64,000 nt of DNA from an uncultured Lentisphaerales bacterium (lineage in GTDB: Bacteria > Verrucomicrobiota > Lentisphaeria > JABSQK01 > UBA12247), in assembly GCA_943788985.1 (NCBI GenBank), contig CALSSJ010000010.1, forward strand, positions 32,001-96,000. The letters are read 5' to 3'. Positions 33,438-43,227 of this stretch are shown here, one piece after another; positions within the stretch are counted from its first letter, which is position 1; each line of letters begins with the position of its first letter. The notes under the pieces are model-generated. The model made no database searches, had not been told where the DNA came from, and was given only the letters and a program-made list of their open reading frames with translations. The position numbers were made by a program, and so were the translations under genes.

Positions 33438-35305
33438 AGCTAGGCTTTCATGCCCCCGCTCTCGCTTGGCTGGCCCTCCTGGCCCTTCCGCTCATCGTTG
33501 CCTATTTCCTCAAGCTGCGCCGGGCGAACTGCGCCGTCTCCTCGCTGGCATTGTGGCAGCGTGTCCTCGAGGACAAACGCGTCAATTCCCCCTTTCAGCG
33601 CTTCCGCCGGCACCTCCTGTTATTCATCCAACTGCTCGTCCTAGCCCTACTGGTCTTGGCCGCTATGCAGCCTCTCTGGGGAGGAGCTAGCGGCGGCGGG
33701 GAGCGCGTCCCGATCATCGTCGATTGCTCCGCCAGCATGGCCGCCACCACTCCGGAAGGCGGAACCCAGTTGGAGGCCGCAGTCAAGGAAGCGCGAAGCC
33801 TGATTGATTCGCTCAGCAAGAATCAGCAAGCAGCCGTGCTGGCCATGGCAGATTATCCGCGTAAGCTGGTGGATTTCACCACCGACCGCAGGCTGTTGCA
33901 TCAGGCACTGGATTCGCTCGAGACCGTAGACGTTCCAGCAGACATCTCCGCAGCCCTGGGGCTTGGCCAAGCCCTTAGCCAGAGCCACCCTTTCGAGCAA
34001 ATGCACCTGTTCACCGACGGCAACATTGACGCCCAGGCTAAGCTCAAGCTATCCTTTAACGTTCAGTTTCACCGGCTCTCGCCAGCCGAGAATAACATTG
34101 GCATCAGTGGGCTCAACGCGCGCCGCAGCCCATCCGGGGCCTGGGACCTTCTCGTGCAAGTCGATGGCAGCGGCTCCGGCACCGGAGACGTCGCCCTAAA
34201 GATCGGTGACGAAATCATTGCTCAGGGCAGAGTCGCCGTCATCGATGGCGCGGGCGATCCGCTCCTTTTCAGCGTTTCGCCCGAGCAACACAGCGTAATC
34301 GAGGTCCAGCTCAAACTCAGCCAACCCGACTCACTGGCGGCAGACAATACCGCCTATATCTCACTCGGTGTGCCCCGTGACATCACAGTCAGGGTCACCG
34401 ACCCCAGCCCATTCATCGAGCATGCCCTGTCCGTACAGGACGGCCTCCTGGTACTCGGCACAGAGTCCGAGACCAAGTTTGTCGACGTTGCCATTGCCAG
34501 CACGCCCGAAGGCCAGCAGAAAGCCGCCGTAGTGCTTGTCACCGCCGGCACCATTCCCGAAGACCTTCAGGATCTACTAACCCAACAAGACAAACAGACA
34601 GAGATCATCGACTGGCTGCGAGAAGATCCTCTGCTGTGTAACGTACCGCTCGCCGAAGTCGGGTTCGCCCAGCGAGTGGCTTGGAAGGTAGTCGAAGGCG
34701 CGTCGCAACACCAACAGCGCGCCCTGCTGGAATCCCGCGGCTACCAGATTGTAGCCTCCGGCGAAACCGGCCCTCTCATTCTCCGCTGGGGCTCCACGAG
34801 TCAGCCCGTGTACCACCTGCTATTCCACCTCAAAGACTCCGAGTTACCCATGCGCATCGGCTTTCCGGTCATGCTCACCAACCTCACCGCCATCGGTCGC
34901 AAACTAGCTGGTCTGTCAATCGTCGCCGCGACCGGCACCGGTGTACTCGCTCCCATTCACACCACCGGCGAGACCACCATCACGGTCCAAACACCAAGCG
35001 GCCTGGCGCAGCAGCTCATCAGCGACAGCGAAGGCCGGGCGGCGGGCGTGCGCGCCACCTCCGTTGGCCTCTACCCGTGGATGTCCGACAGCGACTCCGG
35101 CATCGCCACTGCCAGCCTCCTGTCCCCAACCGAGAGCCAGCTCCTCACCATCGACGAGATCAACTTCCAAGAAGACCTCCGCGTCACCACCAGCAAGGCA
35201 GGTTGGGAAGCCCAGCGCCCGCTCTGGACCTGGTTTGCGATCATTGCACTTCTCGTCCTCTTTTGGGAGTGGTGGTACTTTCAGCGCGGCGCTCGTGGCA
35301 CCTGA
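33434..35305 (+). CDS. BatA-N / VWA-domain membrane protein
   Basis: BatA-type N-terminus, MIDAS DCSASM..FTDG, C-terminal TM ending EWW. Confidence 0.85.
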   Translation: MKLGFHAPALAWLALLALPLIVAYFLKLRRANCAVSSLALWQRVLEDKRVNSPFQRFRRHLLLFIQLLVLALLVLAAMQPLWGGASGGGERVPIIVDCSASMAATTPEGGTQLEAAVKEARSLIDSLSKNQQAAVLAMADYPRKLVDFTTDRRLLHQALDSLETVDVPADISAALGLGQALSQSHPFEQMHLFTDGNIDAQAKLKLSFNVQFHRLSPAENNIGISGLNARRSPSGAWDLLVQVDGSGSGTGDVALKIGDEIIAQGRVAVIDGAGDPLLFSVSPEQHSVIEVQLKLSQPDSLAADNTAYISLGVPRDITVRVTDPSPFIEHALSVQDGLLVLGTESETKFVDVAIASTPEGQQKAAVVLVTAGTIPEDLQDLLTQQDKQTEIIDWLREDPLLCNVPLAEVGFAQRVAWKVVEGASQHQQRALLESRGYQIVASGETGPLILRWGSTSQPVYHLLFHLKDSELPMRIGFPVMLTNLTAIGRKLAGLSIVAATGTGVLAPIHTTGETTITVQTPSGLAQQLISDSEGRAAGVRATSVGLYPWMSDSDSGIATASLLSPTESQLLTIDEINFQEDLRVTTSKAGWEAQRPLWTWFAIIALLVLFWEWWYFQRGARGT

Positions 35306-36338
35306 GCCCACACCTACCTTTGCGGAGTTCGCAATCTTCCGCGTCCCCCTGGTCCGAAAGGGTACCTGGCAGACCGCAGGCGGTCGCCAAGCCGACGCCA
35401 CCACGCTCATTCTCCGCGCCACCCTGACCACGGGCGAGGCCCTCTGCAGCGAGTCCATCCTGCTTCCCGGCCACGTTGCGGAGTCCGCAGCCTCAGCCTG
35501 GGCCGAGCTGCAGCGCGTCGCTCCCCTGATGCTTGCGGCACTGCCTGGCACCGCTCCGGCAACCACCTCTACCGCCGTTGCCGGCCTGTTCGACCAGATC
35601 GCCTGGGAGTGCCTGCGCAGGCTGCCGGCTCCTGCTCGAGTTCCGATCGCCGGCACCGTCGCCGCAGCGGACCTCCAGCAGGCAATTGCGGAGTCCGCAA
35701 CCCTCGTCGAACAGGGCTGCACCACGCTCAAGGTCAAGATCACGCCGGCCACAGCCGAATCCCTAATCGAAGCCTTGCAAGGCAGCTTCCCACAAGTGAG
35801 CATCGCCGTCGATGCCAATGGCTCCTTCAACGAAGCACAGCTGCCGCAACTAGGCGCCTGGGATCGCTACGATCTCGCCTTTCTCGAGGACCCGTTCCCG
35901 GCGGCTGCGCTCGCGCTCTCGGCTCGACTGCAACAGCGGCTGCGCACGCCCATTTGCCTTGACCTTGGCATTATCGACTCTGCAGCTGCGGAGTCCGCAA
36001 TCCGCGCCCGGGCCGGTCGTCTTCTTAACCTAAAGGTCAGCCGTCTCGGCGGCTTCACTCCGGCTCACGAGATTGCCAGCTTGGCGGCCGAAGCCGGGAT
36101 CGCCTGTCGTATCGGCAGCCTGCTCGAAAGCGCCGTCGGTACCGCAGCCCACGCTCGCTTCGGCTCTCTGCCCATCTTCACCTTGCCAGCGGGCCTCGTG
36201 CCCCCAGCCAGGCTCTACACCACCCCTGGCCTGAGTGAGCTCGCTTGCACCCGTGGTGCGCTTCCTCCATCCCCTGCAGCCCCCACGCTTGAGCAACTCC
36301 TCGCAGCAGCCGATGCCAGCGCACGCTTTGGTTCGTAG
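35295..36338 (+). CDS. Enolase-superfamily enzyme (o-succinylbenzoate synthase / N-acylamino acid racemase-like)
   Basis: LKVKI, VDANG, FLEDP, ICLD, NLKVSRLGG, GSLLES; N-terminal domain divergent. Confidence 0.75.
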   Translation: MAPEPTPTFAEFAIFRVPLVRKGTWQTAGGRQADATTLILRATLTTGEALCSESILLPGHVAESAASAWAELQRVAPLMLAALPGTAPATTSTAVAGLFDQIAWECLRRLPAPARVPIAGTVAAADLQQAIAESATLVEQGCTTLKVKITPATAESLIEALQGSFPQVSIAVDANGSFNEAQLPQLGAWDRYDLAFLEDPFPAAALALSARLQQRLRTPICLDLGIIDSAAAESAIRARAGRLLNLKVSRLGGFTPAHEIASLAAEAGIACRIGSLLESAVGTAAHARFGSLPIFTLPAGLVPPARLYTTPGLSELACTRGALPPSPAAPTLEQLLAAADASARFGS

Positions 36339-36381
36339 TCAGGCACGGAAGTGCCGTGCCCGTCGTGCGGGTGACGGAATG

Positions 36382-36506
36382 GGACTTGGTGACTTGGTGA
36401 CGCCCGACGACGCCATGACCCAATGACGCCCGACCAGCAGCCACTGTCACAGCGTCAGCCCAGTCAAGATGTCCGGGCGTCATCAAGTCACCGAGTCACC
36501 AAGTCC
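36382..36506. repeat. Intergenic inverted-repeat element built from GACTTGGT units (REP/MITE-like)
   Basis: GGACTTGGTGACTTGGTGACGCCC ... GGGCGTCATCAAGTCACCGAGTCACCAAGTCC. Confidence 0.6.
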
Positions 36507-36721
36507 TGTTCTTCCGCGCGCACCCGTCAAAACGCCAAGTGTTTTTTTCGCAGTTTCTGAGCACCTTGCATCGGTGCTTTGTGGGACTATCGATCGACAG
36601 CCTATTCTGACCGACACCACTACAATCGCGACCAATGGACGCTCCTTCTCAAGCATAGACCGATCAATTCTGGGTTCACCAACGGCGCCTCTATCAGAAG
36701 TTTTGCTATGGCGACCACCAG

Positions 36722-37750
36722 GTGTTAATCGTCGCAATCGGCACGGTCTTTGAGGCTGTCGGCATTGCCTTTTACGGTTGGTCGAAGATTTCGTTTGAGA
36801 TGTTTCTTCCGCTGTACGTTGGCGTGCTTGGAGTCAGTCGGCTGCTCGTCCTACTCCGAACAACCGGCCAGTTGCAGGCATTTCGAACAATGCTCCCAGA
36901 CAGCGAGCAGTTGCCAGTTCCTCCCCCGATTGACGACGCGGCTGCCGAGAAGTTCTACGTCCAGTCACAAGAGTCCGAGAGAAGCGGGGGCCCATTGATC
37001 TTTTCTTTAGCGTGCGGCGTTCCGTTGGCCGCAATGGCTTACGGGGCCGGTTTCGACACTCTCGCATTGTGCCTGCTGCTTGGGATTCCGACGGTTTTCA
37101 CATTCGTATCGTCGCAGCTCAAGCCTGGCGGCTGTCCACCCGATGGGGAGGCTTTGGCCAAGGCCCGTGGGAAACTTATTGCCATGAGGACCAGGGGGGC
37201 CCTTGGCGGGTACACGTCCTTGGGCTTCTTCGTCGCAAACCAGCGATATTGGCAGTCATGGGCGATGCGCAACCTGTTCGCTTCAATCCTGACCGTGTGT
37301 TTGTCCCTGGCAGCTTTGGCAGTCGATTCAAGCTTGTCGGCGGGGTATCCTCTGATCGCTGCGGCGGTGACGGCAGTTCTATTCTTCAACGGACGCTACC
37401 TTGCCCACGCCGTTGCTGCCTTGATGCAATCTGGGGTGGGCCGTCTAATCAAGGCCGTCGTCGTGGCGTGGGTACTCGCCTACAGCGTGGCCAAGGGAGT
37501 CCCCTCCGGGGTTCTTATGGGCCTGTTTCTTATCCCGCGTCCGCATCAGTTTCCCCTTACTGAGCTTGGTCGCGAGCGGTTGTTGCAGGACCAGAAGCTG
37601 CCTGCTGAAGTCGTGATTCCCACAGCATTCGGCGCCTTTGATCTTGCTGTCTGGCGCCTGCGAAAGCTCCGCGCCACGAGTACCGATGACGCCTGGACGA
37701 CAGTCAGCGATTTGCGCGATTCCCTTGCGGCGATTCAATGCACCCTCTGA
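36722..37750 (+). CDS. Hypothetical multi-TM membrane protein
   Basis: About eight hydrophobic segments; an in-frame ATG at 36635 is separated from it by a TAG. Confidence 0.6.
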   Translation: MLIVAIGTVFEAVGIAFYGWSKISFEMFLPLYVGVLGVSRLLVLLRTTGQLQAFRTMLPDSEQLPVPPPIDDAAAEKFYVQSQESERSGGPLIFSLACGVPLAAMAYGAGFDTLALCLLLGIPTVFTFVSSQLKPGGCPPDGEALAKARGKLIAMRTRGALGGYTSLGFFVANQRYWQSWAMRNLFASILTVCLSLAALAVDSSLSAGYPLIAAAVTAVLFFNGRYLAHAVAALMQSGVGRLIKAVVVAWVLAYSVAKGVPSGVLMGLFLIPRPHQFPLTELGRERLLQDQKLPAEVVIPTAFGAFDLAVWRLRKLRATSTDDAWTTVSDLRDSLAAIQCTL

Positions 37751-38122
37751 GCCTCTCGCGCAGTCTCGCCGGTACTTTTTCTCGTCGCCGTCTTGTTGCT
37801 CGGCTGCAACACTCCGAGCGGGCCCCTGGTTGGCAACCGCGGACCATTGACGTCAGGAGGGATGTCGCCTGACCTCGGCGTTGTCCGATTTGCAACCGGA
37901 ATGCTGGAGCCCGAGCAGTACTCCGTTGCGAGTGCAGAGAGGTCGCTTAAGATTGACGAATCATCCGTCTCCCGCCGCACTTTGGTCGTGCTCAATATTG
38001 ATACTAGAATCACGCTTGTAGCGCTTCAGTTCGATCCTGGCCAGCTTACCCCTTGGGAGGCAGATTGGGACCCAGCGATCATCATCTCGGAAGAAGCCCG
38101 CCCCCCGCCGGACCATCCTTAA
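37738..38122 (+). CDS. Putative lipoprotein, probable frameshift in a T5 run near 37776-37780
   Basis: VAVLLLGC lipobox has no full in-frame signal start; ATG at 37738 joins if one T is removed. Confidence 0.4.
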
Positions 38123-38164
38123 TCTAGGCAACCCACTTCCCCGATTAGGTCATGGAGGGGAAAT

Positions 38165-38872
38165 CTACCACTTCGATGCGCTGCATTCTGTATTGGAAGG
38201 TGGGCCGATTGCCGCGCGAGCAGAAGAGTGCTCTGGTGGCGCCGTCAGAAACACGACGCTGTCGCTGATCAACTCCACCTCCAGGCCGAAGCGCTCGCCG
38301 ATCCAGGCAAAGGTCTCAGGGCAGAAGAAGCAAATGTGGGTGATGTCATCTTTGTAGCGCCAGCGCGAGAATGCCTCAGCATCGCGCACCATCTGCGTCA
38401 TCACGGCAAGGATGCCACCCGGGCGAAGCAGTCCCCGTAGGCGCTCAAGCTCCGCGCCTGGCCGCTGCAGGTGCTCGAATACCTCGGTCGCAGTAATCGC
38501 ATCATAGCTTCGCGTATACACCGCCTGATCCGGCGCGTAGAATGGATCAAACAGGGCAACTGAATGGCCAGCTTCTTCGAGCATCACCGAAAGTGTCGGC
38601 CCCGGGCCAGAACCAAAATCCAGGACCTCGCTGCCTGCGCTCAGCCGGGCCAGGAGCGGAGTTGCGACGCGGGCCAGAAACCTCCGGTAGCCGGGATCAT
38701 CCGGTGAGTTGTGGTGCAGGTCATACTCAGCCTGCTCCCGCTCTGCGGTCGGCCAAAATTGTGGAGGCACAAAAACCAGACGGCACTGCTCACAGCGCTG
38801 ATAACTGCGCCTCTGGTCCCGTGCGAACTCCGCGGAGTTGCGAACTCCGCAAAGCGGGCAGCTGTCACTCAC
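38165..38872 (-). CDS. Class I SAM-dependent methyltransferase with N-terminal Zn ribbon
   Basis: CPLC..CEQC, LDFGSGPGP, EVFEHL, YKDDITHI. Confidence 0.88.
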   Translation of the reverse strand: MSDSCPLCGVRNSAEFARDQRRSYQRCEQCRLVFVPPQFWPTAEREQAEYDLHHNSPDDPGYRRFLARVATPLLARLSAGSEVLDFGSGPGPTLSVMLEEAGHSVALFDPFYAPDQAVYTRSYDAITATEVFEHLQRPGAELERLRGLLRPGGILAVMTQMVRDAEAFSRWRYKDDITHICFFCPETFAWIGERFGLEVELISDSVVFLTAPPEHSSARAAIGPPSNTECSASKW

Positions 38873-40484
38873 CGCTGATAGGCTCGGGCAGTTCAGGCCA
38901 GGCGACCGATAGCTGCGACAGCAAGTCACGCGCGATCGCAGCGTAGTGATGCCGGACTGACGGCAACGGCAGCGGGTTCGCCTCACATGCAGCGGCCAAC
39001 AATTCGCAGTCCACTCCCCACTCGGTTGCGAAGATCGCAAAGCGATGCACGACGGTCGGAAAGGTCTCGCTTACGGAGCGTAGAAATGCGGCCGCCTCGA
39101 GCGCAGCCCCAGTTGCGGACTTCGCACGCACCAGCATTGCGGCGAAGCAGCGGGTGACCGGTGCCAGGGTCTCACACAGGTAGTCTTGCGCAAGCACCGC
39201 AGCGACCACCTCCTCCAGCGAGTTCAACAGATCCTGAACGGTCAGGTTCCCCTGAATCGTCCGCCAGTGCGCAGATTCGCAGTGCCTCGCCTGCTCCGGC
39301 CACAACAGCAAGCGCATCCAGGTGAGAGCCCCCGACAGTGCGGCCTCATCGGCTCTATGACGAAACGGCAGGCTGTGGGCCCAGGAGCCGGCTCTTACAC
39401 GGTCGGTGATCTGCCGACCCCATTCCAGCGCAGCTTCGCGGTCACGGGCAGAAAGGGCGCTTTGGAGTCCGGCAAGCAGCGCTGCTACCGGACCCCGTTC
39501 ATCCACTGCCTGCGCGCTCAGGCGCTCGGCAAGGCGGGCCCAGGCTGCGCCTTCTTTCAGCTCTCCCAAGGTGACCAGCAACTCAGCAAAACGCACCGCG
39601 CTACCGGAACAATCATCCAGGCTGTGACTGCGAAGGGTGCGATCGAAACGGCCATGGTAATGATCCAAGGTCATCTCATTGTGGTAGACACGGCTCATGC
39701 CAGTAAGCGAGACATCTCCCAACAGCGCCAGATCACTCGATTTCGTAAAACACTCCAGAGCCTGCTGATAAAGTTGTTCGATCTCAGGATCGCTCCGGTG
39801 GACGCGCCGCGTCACCTTTCCCGTAGTTTCCAGCATATACCGCCCCACCACCCTGGCGGCGAATGACTGGTCTGGCTCATCAAGCAGCTTGTCCAGCGCC
39901 CAGCAATAGTCCAAAGATAAGCGTACCCCTGGCAGCAGGCCTCCTGTGCCCACGAGCGCGGCTGGAACCAAGGTGCGCTGCCAACGATCCCAACTGCGGG
40001 CTGCCTGCCGCGGAGCTTGCGGTCCAGACATCTTGGCGGCTACCGAGAAGGCTCTTCCAAAGGAGCCGCCGGTAACGGCGGGAAGTGGAGGAACCACTTG
40101 CCGCGCGCGAAGCATTTCGTAGGTAAAGGCACGCCCACTCCGAACCCGGCGCAAGGGCGTTGCGGACTTCGCAACCGTGGGCCCGAGGAAGGCCAAAGCT
40201 TCCGGCAACAGGTTTGCCTTCAAGTCGTGATGGATGCGCAGCCCGACCTGCAAACAATGGTCCTGGGCTTTCTCAGGGCAGGCGATGCCCAGCGAGGTCG
40301 GCAGGCACCACCCGTCTGAAGCTGAGCCGGCGAGCATAAAGGACCAGAAGCCCCACTGTTGCGGCATCGCGCGGGTGGCAAAGTTGTGCCTCCAGACAGC
40401 GATCTGGAAGAGACTACGCAGGGGGCGCGAGATCTCAGGATGCGCCAGAACCGCGCCGGTTAGGTCCTCATCGGGAATCAGCAT
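38865..40484 (-). CDS. Hypothetical protein, helical/TPR-like C-terminal half; start uncertain
   Basis: Long ORF overlapping the methyltransferase start; no recognised motif. Confidence 0.55.
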   Translation of the reverse strand: MLIPDEDLTGAVLAHPEISRPLRSLFQIAVWRHNFATRAMPQQWGFWSFMLAGSASDGWCLPTSLGIACPEKAQDHCLQVGLRIHHDLKANLLPEALAFLGPTVAKSATPLRRVRSGRAFTYEMLRARQVVPPLPAVTGGSFGRAFSVAAKMSGPQAPRQAARSWDRWQRTLVPAALVGTGGLLPGVRLSLDYCWALDKLLDEPDQSFAARVVGRYMLETTGKVTRRVHRSDPEIEQLYQQALECFTKSSDLALLGDVSLTGMSRVYHNEMTLDHYHGRFDRTLRSHSLDDCSGSAVRFAELLVTLGELKEGAAWARLAERLSAQAVDERGPVAALLAGLQSALSARDREAALEWGRQITDRVRAGSWAHSLPFRHRADEAALSGALTWMRLLLWPEQARHCESAHWRTIQGNLTVQDLLNSLEEVVAAVLAQDYLCETLAPVTRCFAAMLVRAKSATGAALEAAAFLRSVSETFPTVVHRFAIFATEWGVDCELLAAACEANPLPLPSVRHHYAAIARDLLSQLSVAWPELPEPISGE

Positions 40485-40804
40485 CGGCCGGGCGGCACCA
40501 AGAAGGTCCGAAGTCCAGGGCTGCCAGGGATAGCGGCCGTCTCCAAGGATGGTCGCGAAACGACAGCTGTTTTTACTTGCGAGAAGGTGAAACAGCTCGT
40601 CGGTGCATTTCTGTGGCGAAAAATTTAGCATTTCTTGAATATGCCATAGGCACCCCAGTGAGCCAACGCCGCACGGATTCAAAAGCCTTGGTGAGGCTCG
40701 TGGCGGACTTGAGGGGCGTTTAATCTACGCAGCTAAACCGCAATTATTCCGAACAGTCAGGCGTGAGAAGCCTCAACCCTCTGCATTTGCTAGTCAAAAT
40801 AAGA

Positions 40805-40864
40805 TACTGAAATACACTTAACCAAACTAAACTGCACTTTACGCAACTATACTACAGTTTATTT
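40805..40864. repeat. Three imperfect AT-rich direct repeats with 20-bp period (tubC-like iterons)
   Basis: TACTGAAATACACTTAA (40805), AACTAAACTGCACTTTA (40825), AACTATACTACAGTTTA (40845). Confidence 0.6.
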
Positions 40865-40973
40865 CAATAAAGATGCTGTTTGCTGCTTGACAGCACGCAT
40901 TGAGTTGCCAAGATACCCATCCGCAGACCACACGGGCAAGGTCGCCCGTCACCTACAATCCGGACAGCAGCCA

Positions 40974-41303
40974 GTGAGTGAGCTTTTTGCAGAGCAGGTA
41001 GAGCACCTTCGCGAGACCCATTTTCTCGTGTTGTTCTGGGCTGCGAAGGCTGAGAGTAAGAGTCGTGTGTATAATCTTACAAATGCCTTTGATGATCTCA
41101 AGGCTCACGACATTACCCGGACTAAGCAGACGGCTATGGCCTGTGTGGAAGCGCTTTGTCAGCTCCGCTTTTTAAACGTTCGCGACGAGCGCAATCGCAA
41201 GAATCTCTATATTACAACCCACGGAGCAAAGGCGATCGAGCAGCTGGCCACCAGCCATCGATTTCAAGTCCGCCGCTCCACTTTCCTGGAGGGAATCGCA
41301 TGA
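40974..41303 (+). CDS. Small putative winged-helix DNA-binding protein (TubR-like)
   Basis: 109 aa; helices then LRFLNVRDERNRKNLYITTHG wing-like hairpin; ATGA-coupled to the tubulin-like gene. Confidence 0.65.
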   Translation: MSELFAEQVEHLRETHFLVLFWAAKAESKSRVYNLTNAFDDLKAHDITRTKQTAMACVEALCQLRFLNVRDERNRKNLYITTHGAKAIEQLATSHRFQVRRSTFLEGIA

Positions 41304-42403
41304 GTATCGGAATCGGCGGCGCAGGTAGCAAGCTGGCAAGTTTGCTTGACACAGGCAACGCCATCATCGTCAACGTCTCTGAGATGGAGCTCGACAAGGT
41401 CGAAGCATCATCGAAGCTGCGAGCAGTTGCGAGCACCAACCGTGCCGCTTTACAAGGGTCACGGAAGGATCCAACGCTAGCCAAGGAGGCCTTCTCCTCG
41501 GTGCGCGACGTCCTCCTCCACGAGATCCAGAACAACATCGTCTTTACCTCCACCGGCGGCGGCACCGGCAACGGCATCTGCACCAAGCTGCTGGACCACG
41601 TCAGCGATCTGCCTCGTGTGGCTCTCGATGACAAGACCATGTTTGTCTTCGTACTGCCCTACGCCGATCAGGAAGCCGCTGAGTTCGTCGACAACACCAT
41701 CGACTTCCTCGAAGGCCCAGTGGCTCGCGCCATCGACACCGGCAACACTGGCAACATCGTGCTGATCTCCAACAAGCAGAAATTCATCGACCGCCAAGCG
41801 GAACTCGAATACAACCAGCGCTGCATCGAATCGCTGCGCACGTTCCTCGATATTCCGCACAAGTGCGACCGCTTCTCGACCCTCGACGGGACGGTCGACT
41901 ACGAGGACTTTCGTCACTACTGTGCTCGGCCGTATTTCAATCACTTCTTCCATGTCTCTTTCGACTTGGAGAAGCCGATTGGCGAGCAAATTCGCGAGGC
42001 AACTAATCCCCTGTTGCTTCCGCCAGCCGCTCCCATCGAGTCCCTGTTTCTGCTCGAAGTACCGAAGCCCGAGCAGGCTCCGGCGTTCTACAAGATCCTC
42101 GACTACTTCGCCAACGAGCAGCAGGTCCCGCCTGCTTACGCCGTGGTGCACAACCCCGAGATCCCGAACCCCCTGCTGACTGTCTCGCTCTTGTACTCAC
42201 GCCAGCCGCTTGAGCTCGTGGACGACTTCAACAGCATCTCGGGCCAGAACAAGCGCCGGCGCATCCGCAAGTCTCTCGACCAGAAGGTCACCCTGAGTAA
42301 GCTTGAGGTCGACTTTGAAGACGAGACCCACCAAGTAGCCAGAGAGACCGGCAAGGACGAGGACGAAGTTACCAGCGTGCTGCGCCGCATCGGCAAGCTT
42401 TAG
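41300..42403 (+). CDS. Divergent tubulin/FtsZ-family GTPase (TubZ-like)
   Basis: IGIGGAG (T1), GSRKDP (T3-like), TGGGTGNG (T4 signature), VLP..E, ISN, GTVDYEDF (T7-like); GGAGG RBS. Confidence 0.85.
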   Translation: MSIGIGGAGSKLASLLDTGNAIIVNVSEMELDKVEASSKLRAVASTNRAALQGSRKDPTLAKEAFSSVRDVLLHEIQNNIVFTSTGGGTGNGICTKLLDHVSDLPRVALDDKTMFVFVLPYADQEAAEFVDNTIDFLEGPVARAIDTGNTGNIVLISNKQKFIDRQAELEYNQRCIESLRTFLDIPHKCDRFSTLDGTVDYEDFRHYCARPYFNHFFHVSFDLEKPIGEQIREATNPLLLPPAAPIESLFLLEVPKPEQAPAFYKILDYFANEQQVPPAYAVVHNPEIPNPLLTVSLLYSRQPLELVDDFNSISGQNKRRRIRKSLDQKVTLSKLEVDFEDETHQVARETGKDEDEVTSVLRRIGKL

Positions 42404-43227
42404 CCTGGAGACAGTCACCACGGCGCCCAGCGCGCCTGCCGCCGTGGGAACGCCCCAAGGCCCTTGCCCCTTGTGGGCTAGGTTCGTAGAAGGCCTCGTA
42501 GCGAAGCGGAGTGGCGTTCTTTCCATCCCGCGTGGTGCACCACGACGGGCACCTCGGCTTCTTCGTGCCTTCAGGTCAAATCAAAGACTTTCTTGGTAGC
42601 CTATTGGGTGCAGAGCTATGCATTCGTCAACCGTAGATCCAAAGAGCTTCGTGCGATGACGCCACGCGCCGAAGCGCTCCGGGCCGGATGTCGCAATCAC
42701 TCGCAAACTGTAGCAGGCTCTGATTGTTGCCTTGGGCCTCGAGAGAAAGGGACCGCAGGGATGGCGCGTCAACCGCATGTCCTCGTGCGAACTTCTACAA
42801 TGCGTGCAAGGATGGGAGCCAGTTCCCGTTGCTCTGCAGCAAGCACAGGCAGGCGAATGCGACTATCTCTGCATCCGTAGCATTACGCTGGGCATCACTG
42901 AATTCCGCCTCCCACCTGTGCCCCACTAGCGTTGTCCGTGACGATACAGCCGGGTAAAAGACGGCGGCGCCAAACCGCCCAGACACTGATAGCAGGGCAG
43001 CCAAGCGCTGGGGAATAATTGCAGACAGGGTCCTCACGGCGGATAGTTTCCGCTGGCTCTGGCGGACTATCAAAGCCCGCGCGACGCGAGGGCTGCGCCG
43101 CTTAAAACCGCCACTTGAAAGAAAAACGACCTTTGGCATCAACGCTTGACCTTTCGCCCGTGCTTGACAAGGTTAGCAACTATTGCAATCACTGGGGCCG
43201 TGCCCCGATCCACTGCGAGGCTGCTTG

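Noticed and set aside
35320..36000. Palindrome clusters as a CRISPR array
   Set aside because: Too short, irregularly spaced, inside ORFs, and no cas genes
40974..41303. The small wHTH as the binder of the dispersed TTGCG-N5-CGCAA palindrome
   Set aside because: No evidence; the repeats upstream of it are unrelated in sequence and its operon has no copies
41300..42403. Calling the gene ftsZ
   Set aside because: Too divergent, lacks the FtsZ C-terminal peptide and dcw context
42404..43227. Short ORFs or an ncRNA downstream of the tubulin-like gene
   Set aside because: No recognisable motif or RNA structure; possibly a decayed minus-strand gene
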